Shown here: one piece after another, positions 41,230 to 50,617 of the stretch
Layout: the number at the start of each line of letters is the position of its first letter
Position numbering within the stretch: position 1 is the first letter of the stretch
IMG/VR virus record: IMGVR_UViG_3300035208_004923
Span: 256,001-320,000 of that record
Length of the DNA: 64,000 bases
Strand: one strand, 5' to 3'
Source: a virus
Lineage: Duplodnaviria; Caudoviricetes
Made by a program: the position numbers and the translations under genes
Notes under the pieces: generated by a model
The model's input: the letters and a program-made list of their open reading frames with translations, nothing else
Databases searched by the model: none
Told to the model about the DNA's origin: nothing

Positions 41230-41688
41230 TTATCGAATTAAAAAGATTGAACCAAAGTGCGTTGATTTTGTATACCCATTATTTACACCTAAATAAAAAC
41301 CACCTGTGTAATTTGATTTATCAAAATGAACTTCGGTAATTTTCCAAATATAAACATCGGATTTTAACAAAACTCCATTATACATTCCGTCCCATGATTC
41401 TGCAGGATTGCCATTAATCAATTTATCAGAATACCAAACAAGGTTTCCTTTTGAATCAAAAATGTGAATTTCGTATTCAACAAGATTTGTACCTACAGGT
41501 TTAAAAACGCGTATTCCAACGGGTGCGGATTCAGGCGCAAACGCATTAGGAACGAATAAAGTTTTCTCAACATAATCGGAATTATATGTCGAATCAATTT
41601 TTCTTAATTCTGATTCGTATGTAGAATCAAGTTGTGCACTTGCAAATAATGTTGCAAATAAAAGCCATGTTAAAATTAAGTATTTCAT
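41230..41688 (-). CDS. Signal peptide + T9SS type-B (gliding-motility-associated) C-terminal domain
   Basis: MKYLILTWLLFATLFASAQ; FVPNAFAP..FKP..IFDSKGNLVW..WDG.YNG..DVYIWKI..G.I.LIR. Confidence 0.8.
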   Translation of the reverse strand: MKYLILTWLLFATLFASAQLDSTYESELRKIDSTYNSDYVEKTLFVPNAFAPESAPVGIRVFKPVGTNLVEYEIHIFDSKGNLVWYSDKLINGNPAESWDGMYNGVLLKSDVYIWKITEVHFDKSNYTGGFYLGVNNGYTKSTHFGSIFLIR

Positions 41689-42129
41689 ATTATCCTCTAT
41701 GTTGTGTATATCGAAACTTTCCTTTATTCATGTTGTAATTCGGTTGTAACCGCAAATTTGCATTTTGTTCTTTTCTTTGTTTTTTGCTTTGTTTTTTATG
41801 ATTTTGTACAGATGTAATTTGTTTGACAATTTTTTTAACTTTTGGCGTATGCAACTTTGAAATTAATTCACGAGTTTTTGCTTCCATTTTTAAAAGATTT
41901 TGTCTGAACTGTTCGCGTGAACTTATATATAAATATGTTTCAAATGCAAAATGCATAAATGCAAACATGTAATGAAAAATACTCACAAGAATGACAATTA
42001 TTGGATATGCAATAAAGCGAGCACCAATATCAGTTCCAATTTCTGTCCAAAGTTTACCCATTCTTAACCAGTGAACAAATTCCTTTAAAAGGAATATTTT
42101 CAATAAAGTGATTTTATTACTTTCCATAA

Positions 42130-42735
42130 TTATTTTGTTACTTTATAAATTTTTAATAGACCAGGAAACGCTTTAGTTGCTTTATTGAATTCTGATTCTT
42201 TAATGCGAATTTCTTTCCATTCTTTAATTGTAGGAATTATTTGTGCGCTCCATTTGTCAGGAATGTAATTTGTTTCCCAACGTTGGTACATGTTTATTGT
42301 ATCAAAGACAAATTTGAATTCATCAATAGCAAACTTTGTGATATCATCTTCACTTTTAAATTTAACGGCAATTTGCGTTGAATCAATTAATTTAATAAAA
42401 GAATAATGCTTATGAATAACATATGCATTTGATTTTTTCTTAGGAGCAACAACTTTAGATATTGAAGTAACGTTATTTGCAATTGTTGTGTCGCATTTAT
42501 AAAAGACGGTATCAGCACCAACAACAATTGGTTCTAAACCTTCGATTCTTACAGCTTCACTTTTTACTTTTAATGATTTTAATCGAATTGATGTTACAAT
42601 TGCATTGGAGAGAATTAATGCAATAAGAAATACGATTGCGCTAACAAATCGTGCATTCGGGTCGCCATGATCTTTTCTAAAAATACATGCTAATAGGATA
42701 AACGTTAAAACGCCAGTAATGATTGTTGTGTACAT
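42130..42735 (-). CDS. Membrane protein
   Basis: Two N-terminal hydrophobic helices. Confidence 0.5.
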   Translation of the reverse strand: MYTTIITGVLTFILLACIFRKDHGDPNARFVSAIVFLIALILSNAIVTSIRLKSLKVKSEAVRIEGLEPIVVGADTVFYKCDTTIANNVTSISKVVAPKKKSNAYVIHKHYSFIKLIDSTQIAVKFKSEDDITKFAIDEFKFVFDTINMYQRWETNYIPDKWSAQIIPTIKEWKEIRIKESEFNKATKAFPGLLKIYKVTK

Positions 42736-43252
42736 ACAATAGTTTTTAAGATATGAATAATTATTTTTATATTTATATTATATACAGAAATACGAAAAAG
42801 TTTCAATTATTTGCCGAAACCTTCTGCAATACTTCTTAATGTTTTTGAAATGTTAAGTAAACCGTTGCCAACAAAATCATGATACGGATTATGTCCGTCA
42901 AGACCGACTTTTGTTTTTTGAAATTCAGCAATTAATTCTCTTTGTTCAAATGAGAAATTTTCACAATCCCAAAAATCAAACATCAAGCAATTAAATCCAA
43001 GCCAGTTAAATGGCCATCCGTCTCTCCACAATTTTGCATTATTATACGAAAGATTTTTATCATTGAAAATTTCTTCCATATAATTTAACGATTCTTCTTT
43101 ACTTTTGATTGCCATAATCTTTATGTATTTGTTTAATTGTTAAAATCAAATATACAACATTAATGAAGCAATAGCAATAGTTTTATCATTTATTTTAAAC
43201 TAAAAAACCTTGTCAACTTTAGATTGACAAGGTTTTTCGTAAGATTTTTATC

Positions 43253-43429
43253 TTATTTCACTGCTGTTGTATCAACAACTGTTGTATCAACATTTGCAGA
43301 ATCAACGGTTACAACTGTTGCAGTATCAACTGATGTGCTATCAGAATTTACAGTACTTTGTGAACCAGATGTACAACTTAAAAATGCAAGAACAATTGCA
43401 GTGCTGATGATTAAAAGAATTCTTTTCAT
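43253..43429 (-). CDS. Small lipoprotein (58 aa, absent from the ORF track)
   Basis: MKRILLIISTAIVLAFLS-CTSGSQSTVNSDSTSVDTATVVTVDSANVDTTVVDTTAVK; own class II promoter and terminator. Confidence 0.8.
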   Translation of the reverse strand: MKRILLIISTAIVLAFLSCTSGSQSTVNSDSTSVDTATVVTVDSANVDTTVVDTTAVK

Positions 43430-43844
43430 AATAAATGATTTAAAATTTTAATTAATTGATTGTTTGAGTATTATATATACACGAAGTTTTTTTAGTTTCA
43501 TATTTTTGCAAATACTTTGCAATTATTTTGAACCTAACAACGCACTGCAAAACGCTGCAGTTTTAGGATCTTTATCGAAATTTTTTGTAAAATGATCGTA
43601 AGCAAATTTTATTTTTGCAGCAGGCAACTTTGAATCCTCATTAATATGTTTTGCATATTGTGTTCCTATGAACATTTCATTTAACATTTCGACTTTTGTT
43701 TTTGCTTTCATAATTTCAATTTTTTAGTAATTGTTTAAAATCAAATATACAACATATATGATGTAATAGCAATAGTTTTATCATTTATTTTAAACTAAAA
43801 AACCTTGCCAATTTCTTGACAAGGTTTTTATTTTTTATTTTGAA

Positions 43845-45008
43845 TTATTTATCATCATCACCCCATGATACACCTGGACACATATCAGTATATGAACTCC
43901 CAAAGTATTCACCAAAGATTCCTGTGAATTTGATTAATGCAACACCTAATCCTTTAACAATTCCCCATACCAAAGATAGACAAATTATTTTCCAAATTAA
44001 AGTTACAAAGATAAAGTATATAACAGGAAACAATACATAATCCCATATTGCAATAACCCCATGACCGAACCATAAGAATGGCTTTGCATATAATGGTACG
44101 TTTCCTTTTTTCTCCCATTGATTAACCGCTTTAATAATCAGTGCACGTATTGAATATAAAAGTAAACCCACAGGTAAGCCGCCAGCAATTCCATAACCCA
44201 ATATTTTACCAACAGTAATCAATACAGCAAGTACAGCAGCGCCATTCCACACAGAAACAAGTGAAAGAACACCCCATGTCAATAATTGACCTAGATATGA
44301 TAATCCAATAGCAACAGCAATAGTAACAACTAATCCAACAAATTGTTTTGTCAGTTTCACTACTTGATTGAAATTTTTAACTTCAAATGTAAATGTATCT
44401 TTCAAAGATTTGCCTATCGGTTTAAATATATCACCAACCGCATTTAATTTTGTTTGAATTTTTTCTCTACGTTCATCACGTTTACGTTCGCGTTCTTGTT
44501 TAGCAGCACGTATTAAATTGTATGCAGAATTTTTTTGTTTCTTCAATTCTTCACGTTCAATTTTAATTTTTTCAAACATTGCAGCTAATTTTTCACGATA
44601 CTCAGGATCATCACGTTTGAGATCATTCGCTTCAGCCCATTCGCCTAACATATAAGAATCGGAATAATTTTCTTTTGCAAACTTAGGACGTTTAATAACT
44701 TCATCTTCATACCAGTTTCCGTAGTACAAATCGAATGCTTCAGCCAATGATAATGTTTTAATCCATCGAGACACTGCGGCTTCTTTAGATTTTCGCCAAG
44801 CAGTTTTAGTGCCGCGAATTAACATGCCAATTAATTTGAATGGCAATACTGGCACCACAAGAATCATGGATGCGATTGTTACCCAAAAATACGGGCAAAG
44901 ATTTTTCAAAGATCTTGGGTCAGGCAACGAATTCCCAAATACAAATTTAATCAACTTGTAATGCCATTGTTTTTCATTTAAAGAAATGAGTTTTACTTTT
45001 TCTTCCAT
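43845..45008 (-). CDS. Multi-pass membrane protein
   Basis: NLCPYFW motif, coiled coil, several TM segments. Confidence 0.6.
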   Translation of the reverse strand: MEEKVKLISLNEKQWHYKLIKFVFGNSLPDPRSLKNLCPYFWVTIASMILVVPVLPFKLIGMLIRGTKTAWRKSKEAAVSRWIKTLSLAEAFDLYYGNWYEDEVIKRPKFAKENYSDSYMLGEWAEANDLKRDDPEYREKLAAMFEKIKIEREELKKQKNSAYNLIRAAKQERERKRDERREKIQTKLNAVGDIFKPIGKSLKDTFTFEVKNFNQVVKLTKQFVGLVVTIAVAIGLSYLGQLLTWGVLSLVSVWNGAAVLAVLITVGKILGYGIAGGLPVGLLLYSIRALIIKAVNQWEKKGNVPLYAKPFLWFGHGVIAIWDYVLFPVIYFIFVTLIWKIICLSLVWGIVKGLGVALIKFTGIFGEYFGSSYTDMCPGVSWGDDDK

Positions 45009-45089
45009 AAGGACTTTAAGATTTAATTAAGTTAAATAATATTTGTATATTATATACAAGTATGGTCAATAGTTTTAAAAATCAGGAAT

Positions 45090-45224
45090 TTATTTTTCCT
45101 GATTTTCGATAATAATACTTAATTGACCGCAAGCAGCACCATTTTTAATTTCTGCTTGTGTAGCAACAGCGATTGCAAAGTCAAACCCTGCGTTTTCCAA
45201 TTGTTTTTTGATGTTTTCGTTCAT
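45090..45224 (-). CDS. 44-aa peptide equivalent to the RlmN/Cfr C-terminal catalytic-Cys segment (absent from the ORF track)
   Basis: MNENIKKQLENAGFDFAIAVATQAEIKNGAACGQLSIIIENQEK. Confidence 0.8.
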   Translation of the reverse strand: MNENIKKQLENAGFDFAIAVATQAEIKNGAACGQLSIIIENQEK

Positions 45225-45253
45225 GATTTCTAATTTTTATTTGTGAATATTAA

Positions 45254-46141
45254 TTAATAGATTACTTTTCCGTTAAATCCTTCTCTAAGATTTGCGCCAT
45301 CAAAGACAAGTAGATTTGTTGAACAACTAGGTTTTATTGCACACCTAGAATATGTTTGTACTGCATCATAGTTTGTGTTTTTTGGAATGTACATATAATT
45401 GTTGCATTTGCAAATATCTTTATAATGCCATTCTTTTATATTATGCAAGTTATTGTTTGTTTCGATTATTGTGCTAAAATCAACATAATGCGATTTTGCA
45501 TATTCATTCGCTTTCATTAAAGAAACAAATCCTGTATCATGAATTCCCATAGATGCCGCAGCTTCAAGGTATTCTTGTATTTTTTCATTTGAATCAATAT
45601 GACCTTTGATTATGTTACAACTTAAATGCAACTTAAATTTGTCAGTTGTATTTTTTTGTATTCTTGTAATATCTTTATCTGTTGGTGCATTGAATCCCAA
45701 TATCGTATTATTAATATCATTATCAAAATGATGTCGGCTTAACGATATGCTATTTAGATATTTATCAAGTCCTAACGAATACAATTCATTTAAATTTAAC
45801 CCATTAGTATTCAGCACACGAAATGCCGAAGGTACTTTTTTTCTAGCAACATTAACAGCAGCAATAAGATTTCCAAGTTTCAATGTAGGTTCACCACCTG
45901 TAAATGAAATTTTGCGAATTTCGATTTTTTTTGAAACTTCGGTTATTGCATCTGTGAAAGCGCTCAAATCAAAATATGTTGCAACATCTTTAAATTCGCA
46001 GAACGGACAATTTGCATTGCATCCTCTAAATTGAACATACATGTTTACGTATGGACGTTCAACAGGACATTTAGCATATCCTTTTTGTTCGCAATAATAA
46101 TCCTTTAGTTGGATTGTTTTATCAAAAAGTTTAAATTCCAT
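45254..46141 (-). CDS. Radical SAM protein
   Basis: CNANCPFC, FTGGEP, LNTNG, SRHH. Confidence 0.9.
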   Translation of the reverse strand: MEFKLFDKTIQLKDYYCEQKGYAKCPVERPYVNMYVQFRGCNANCPFCEFKDVATYFDLSAFTDAITEVSKKIEIRKISFTGGEPTLKLGNLIAAVNVARKKVPSAFRVLNTNGLNLNELYSLGLDKYLNSISLSRHHFDNDINNTILGFNAPTDKDITRIQKNTTDKFKLHLSCNIIKGHIDSNEKIQEYLEAAASMGIHDTGFVSLMKANEYAKSHYVDFSTIIETNNNLHNIKEWHYKDICKCNNYMYIPKNTNYDAVQTYSRCAIKPSCSTNLLVFDGANLREGFNGKVIY

Positions 46142-46147
46142 AGCGAT

Positions 46148-46480
46148 TTAACATCTGCTTATACTTGAACTGCTACTACGACCACAAGGATCTACCAATA
46201 CACGACGTTCAACACGGACTGGTTCTAATCTTGTTTTTAAGCTAGAAATTTCTTTTTCTAATTTATCAATTTCGCCCTTGAATCCTTGAATCAGCTGTTT
46301 CTTTGCATCAATAGCGGCTTCAATTTCTTTATCTCTTAAGAATGCATCTAATGCTTCAATCGAAATTTGTCCGGAATTAACAAAAAGACTAGTTGCGTGA
46401 TTTCTGAATTTGCTAAAATCGTTATTTTTTTCTAACCAGAATTTTAAGTATTCTGTTAAGAAAGTTTTTTCGTTTGCCAT
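46148..46480 (-). CDS. Coiled-coil protein with DPCG-Ser-rich-RC tail
   Basis: Ends VDPCGRSSSSSISRC; lies between two radical SAM genes. Confidence 0.55.
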   Translation of the reverse strand: MANEKTFLTEYLKFWLEKNNDFSKFRNHATSLFVNSGQISIEALDAFLRDKEIEAAIDAKKQLIQGFKGEIDKLEKEISSLKTRLEPVRVERRVLVDPCGRSSSSSISRC

Positions 46481-46486
46481 TTGCTT

Positions 46487-47275
46487 TTATTTTAAATTTA
46501 TACCTTCGATAACGCCAAGTCCTAAATCATTTGATTCTGATGTTTCATTCGGATTAATTGGACTTAATTTTATGAAAAACTTTTCAGTGTTAAAATGTTT
46601 TACTAATTCTGCAATATCAAAATCAGATTCATCAACCAATGTAAGATTTAACGTAGTTTTTAAATTGCTTTCAGTTCGAATTTTACCAAGTTCCGCAATT
46701 GTTAATTTATTTTTAAATGGAATCAACCAATTACGTTTTTCCTCAACAAAACTGTGTATACTTATTTGTAATGTAATATTACCTTTTATCCAAGAATAAT
46801 CGGCATCTTTAATTCCGATTGTTGATACATAATGATGAACGTTCGGATATAATTCAGTTATTTTTGCAATTGCTTCTTTTACATTTTTTATGTTTAAAAA
46901 AGGTTCGCCCATTCGTGTCCAATTGATTTTAAACTCAAATGAATCTTTCGGGTTAATACCAGGGTTTGACTCAATAATGAACTTTACTTGATTTATCATT
47001 TCATCGGCAGTCAGATTTCTGTATTTTTTCAATTTGCCTGTTGCACAAAACTTACAACGAACAGGACATCCTGACATTGTCGATACACCTATCATCCAAC
47101 GTTCAGCACGTGTGCCAAGTTCTTCAGAATCAAGACAATTTTGTTTACGTCCAATTGCATCTTTTGTGTACGATGGCAAAAATGTATCGGTTGTTTCGAT
47201 TAAATATCCATCGGATGTTCTTAATGCATATACAATACCGTTTGCGAATTCTTTCTTTTTAATAACTTCTATCAT
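46487..47275 (-). CDS. RlmN/Cfr-like radical SAM enzyme, C-terminally truncated
   Basis: IET, VSTMSGCPVRCKFCATG..RNLTADEM, MGEP, VSTIG, LQISIH..R..LIP; no AACGQL. Confidence 0.85.
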   Translation of the reverse strand: MIEVIKKKEFANGIVYALRTSDGYLIETTDTFLPSYTKDAIGRKQNCLDSEELGTRAERWMIGVSTMSGCPVRCKFCATGKLKKYRNLTADEMINQVKFIIESNPGINPKDSFEFKINWTRMGEPFLNIKNVKEAIAKITELYPNVHHYVSTIGIKDADYSWIKGNITLQISIHSFVEEKRNWLIPFKNKLTIAELGKIRTESNLKTTLNLTLVDESDFDIAELVKHFNTEKFFIKLSPINPNETSESNDLGLGVIEGINLK

Positions 47276-47855
47276 ATCAATTATTTTAATTTTATTTTAT
47301 TTTATATACAGAACAATTATTTAGTTTTATATTTAGTAGGCATATTATCAGGATATCCTAATGAAGCTTTAATAGTTTCGATTATGTTGTATATTTCTTC
47401 CTTTCCTTCTTCAAGTTCTTCATTTGAAATATGTCCTTGCGCTTGTTGCAATCCAGAATGTATAATAAAAGCATTTTCTAATAGTTGAATTACATTATTA
47501 ACTTCTTGCCAAGAACGTTCGCCATTACACATATTTATTGCATTCATATGTATCAATTTTGATAACCGCATTTTTCGCATACTAAACCTGATACCATCAT
47601 TTGTCCGCAATTAGGGCATTCGATTGAATTTCTATCTTTTGGGATTTTCGATTGTTTCTCAAGTTGTTTCATAAGCCATTTCATCAAAGTTGATTCATAT
47701 TTAGGATTGCCGTGAACGAAAACTACATTATCCGATGTTTCAGTATCGAAACTTATTGACTCAATAACAGGTGCTGGTTTTGAATAATCAGTTATAAAAT
47801 GATATTCCTTTTCAAACTTTAGTTTATCGTTTTCCATGTTTATGTTTTAAAATAA

Positions 47856-48100
47856 AAAAGCGGCCAACAATAAGATTCGCACTTATTGCTGTCCTTTTAC
47901 GATTCGTCACCGTAAAAGTTAGACCTAATAGATTCCGAGTCTTAACACCTTAACAACCTTGATGCACAAGGCCTTGCCTTCGAACGCTCTACTAACGGAA
48001 ATTGTTGCAGACAATTTCAACGGGACACGTGCTTGATTATTGCTTCCATTTGGGCGTGACCTCCTAGCCTCTCAATCACGAGATATTTATTCGGGCTCGT
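47856..48100 (-). ncRNA. Putative structured non-coding RNA downstream of the RNA ligase
   Basis: GC-enriched intergenic region with at least 4 hairpins; the last has a T-loop-like TGCGAAT loop and is followed by a U-tract. Confidence 0.45.
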
Positions 48101-48107
48101 ATTTTGA

Positions 48108-49154
48108 TTATTTTTTGCTATTATCGAGAATGTTCAAAAAATCGGCACGAATCATATTTGACCATTCAGCACCCATTCTTTTTGTAAGTACTTTTTGTTC
48201 TTTTAAATCAAGTGCTTCAAATGATTCTCGTTCATCCTTTAAAAAGTCGTTCATTGTGTCTCCCATGCATTCACCCACAATTTTACCGAACATTTTATCG
48301 TTAAGTTCACCTAATTTTGAAATAACCGCATTTAAACGATTTTCATTAACATATTGCATCAATGTTTCAAGTAATTCATTGCCTGCTTCTGATAATTCGA
48401 TTGCTTCTTTTGGTTGTTTCATTGATTTTTCTCCAGATTTCTTTCCAGTGATTTCAGCATATTTTTCATTTTTGTTTTTGAAAATTACACGGTTACCTGC
48501 CCATGAACGTTTTACTTCAATTGGCTTAATAACAACACCTTCACAAACATTACCTTCAATTTCAGGTAAACCTAATCTTTTAGGAATTGTTGTTGGAAAT
48601 AAATTTGGGTATTTAAGGCATTCGTTAAAAGTTCCTTCGAATAAAGGTTCGTCCCAAAAAATACCGAATTGCTCGCAAAGTTCACCTTTTTGTGTTTCAC
48701 CTAATAAACGTCCATTTACTTTAATATCAAAACAGTAAAATTCATTAGTTGGTGAGTAAAATAAACCTTTTTGTACTGCAGTTGCATGTGGATTTCTTGG
48801 TACATCTGGATGAGGATATGTACCGCCGAAAAGTTCACCGTATACTACAAGTTCGCCAAGGTCAAATTCCATACCAAAATCTTTGATTTCTGATTTGATG
48901 AAATCCCACATAGCAATAATTTTAGGATTTTCTTTTGTTGCAACTTCTTCATAATTGAAAAAGTTTTCAGTTGCATCAATGAATCCTGTTCTTTTTGCAT
49001 ATTTCATTTTTACACCATCATACCAAAATGAAAAATTTGAATTGTGAACAAGAATATCATCGGCAAAAAAGTTATGATTATCTTCAACTTCAATATCATG
49101 TCTTTTTGATTTAATGTCAATTTTTTTAATCGACTTGATTCCAACTATTTCCAT
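48108..49154 (-). CDS. rnl2: RNA ligase 2, C-terminal part, preceded by a split-intein C fragment (38 aa)
   Basis: ..DIEVEDNHNFFADDILVHN|SNFSF; YGELFG, FDI, EGVVIKP, FKNKNEK, NRLNAVISKLG. Confidence 0.9.
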   Translation of the reverse strand: MEIVGIKSIKKIDIKSKRHDIEVEDNHNFFADDILVHNSNFSFWYDGVKMKYAKRTGFIDATENFFNYEEVATKENPKIIAMWDFIKSEIKDFGMEFDLGELVVYGELFGGTYPHPDVPRNPHATAVQKGLFYSPTNEFYCFDIKVNGRLLGETQKGELCEQFGIFWDEPLFEGTFNECLKYPNLFPTTIPKRLGLPEIEGNVCEGVVIKPIEVKRSWAGNRVIFKNKNEKYAEITGKKSGEKSMKQPKEAIELSEAGNELLETLMQYVNENRLNAVISKLGELNDKMFGKIVGECMGDTMNDFLKDERESFEALDLKEQKVLTKRMGAEWSNMIRADFLNILDNSKK

Positions 49155-49157
49155 GTT

Positions 49158-50087
49158 TTAATTGTTTATAAAATTAATTATGTTATTTATCGTTTCTTCA
49201 AAATTTTTATTTATGTCGTATTCCCATACAACGCATGTTTTATAGCCTGCAGCTTCTATATAAGAAATACGGTTTTTATCGTGAGTCCAAATATCCACAA
49301 CTGTTCTTGTCGAATTTCTTGGAAATTTGATTACGTCGTTTTCTTTATACTTTCTTGGGTTAGCATGCCAATAATCACCATATGCTTCTATTACTTTATT
49401 TGTGTTCTTAATGAAAATATCAACCCTATAAGGATATACATTATATTCAGTTTTTGTTTCGTACCCTAATTTTAACAATTCATTATTAATTTTTTGTTGC
49501 AGCTTAGATACATTTCCACCAAATTTATTATTCGGTGATTGGATAGGATATCTATATCCGTGTGATTCTTCATAGTTATCAAAAAACTTCTTCGTAAATA
49601 CTGGAGATTGCATATGGCTAGCAAAACCGTATACTTCAATATGATGAGCAATAATTTTTCTTTTTACATCTTCTCTTTGAAATACATTTGTTATATTTTC
49701 ATCATCAAGCAAACGTTGTGTCCATTCCTTTCTTGATGTATGTTCTTTACAAAAGTTATGTTTTGCGCCGTGTCTTTCCAAGTTTGTTGTTTCCGTTTTG
49801 TCTTTGCAACGTTTTTCTTTTTTTGATTCTTTTATACTACGAGTTCCTATGCCATGCGCATTCATTAATTTGTTAACCGAACATGATGAACGAATTCCAT
49901 GTTCATGCGCAATTTCATTACATGATTTCCCGTTTACCCAATGTTCATTATATAGAAATTCCTTTGTTAAAATTTCTTTTTTGTACGTTTGCCATTCCTT
50001 GCATTGCCATTGAAAATGATTTGATATTACATTAGGCCGTGTCACTTCGATTTCTTTTTTGCAAAAAGGACATTGATAAAGTTCCAT
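49158..50087 (-). CDS. Free-standing Vsr/DUF559-like endonuclease between the split-intein halves
   Basis: CPFC; VDIFI..VIEAYGDYWHANP..D..R..GY...VWEYD. Confidence 0.8.
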   Translation of the reverse strand: MELYQCPFCKKEIEVTRPNVISNHFQWQCKEWQTYKKEILTKEFLYNEHWVNGKSCNEIAHEHGIRSSCSVNKLMNAHGIGTRSIKESKKEKRCKDKTETTNLERHGAKHNFCKEHTSRKEWTQRLLDDENITNVFQREDVKRKIIAHHIEVYGFASHMQSPVFTKKFFDNYEESHGYRYPIQSPNNKFGGNVSKLQQKINNELLKLGYETKTEYNVYPYRVDIFIKNTNKVIEAYGDYWHANPRKYKENDVIKFPRNSTRTVVDIWTHDKNRISYIEAAGYKTCVVWEYDINKNFEETINNIINFINN

Positions 50088-50152
50088 AAAATTTATTTTT
50101 ATTTATATATCAATATTCTTTTGTGAAAAATTGCACAAACTGTAATTTTTCA

Positions 50153-50617
50153 CTAATCTATAAGAACTTTATCATTTGTTGTTAAATCTTTAACTTGTCT
50201 CCAGCAATGTAATTCGGGCAACCAAATATAATGAGACCCTGTGACTTGTATGATTTTGCCATTCGTTGTTTCAATTTCATACCAATCATTGTTATCTTCT
50301 TTAATAGAAAAATTAATAACACGTTTCCATTCAATTTCATTGGTATCAATATTCAAACTTTTGGCATGACAATCAAGTCTTTCTTCAATTATCTTTCCTA
50401 TTGCAAGCTTGCCAAATTCTAAAGTATCAACAAGTGATTCATAAGTAAGACAACCATGCACTTTTTCTGATAATCGCCAAACGCCACCTGCATTGCCTTG
50501 TTCTGTAATTCTGTCAATTTCACGACCACGATATGTGTTCTCAATTTCTGAATATTTCGTAAATTTTCCAGGAACAAATGTATGTTCATTTGTTGTGTTA
50601 ATGATTTGATCTTGCAT
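50153..50617 (-). CDS. rnl2: RNA ligase 2, N-terminal part, fused to a split-intein N fragment (99 aa)
   Basis: FTKYSEIEN..SEKVHG|CLTYESLV..IQVTGSHYI..WRQVKDL; probable start MQDQ at 50617. Confidence 0.9.
   Translation of the reverse strand: MQDQIINTTNEHTFVPGKFTKYSEIENTYRGREIDRITEQGNAGGVWRLSEKVHGCLTYESLVDTLEFGKLAIGKIIEERLDCHAKSLNIDTNEIEWKRVINFSIKEDNNDWYEIETTNGKIIQVTGSHYIWLPELHCWRQVKDLTTNDKVLID

Noticed and set aside
45225-46486. Intron or intein joining the two RlmN parts
   Set aside because: No group I/II or intein motifs are visible; the interval holds two ordinary genes, and the small ORF has its own ATG
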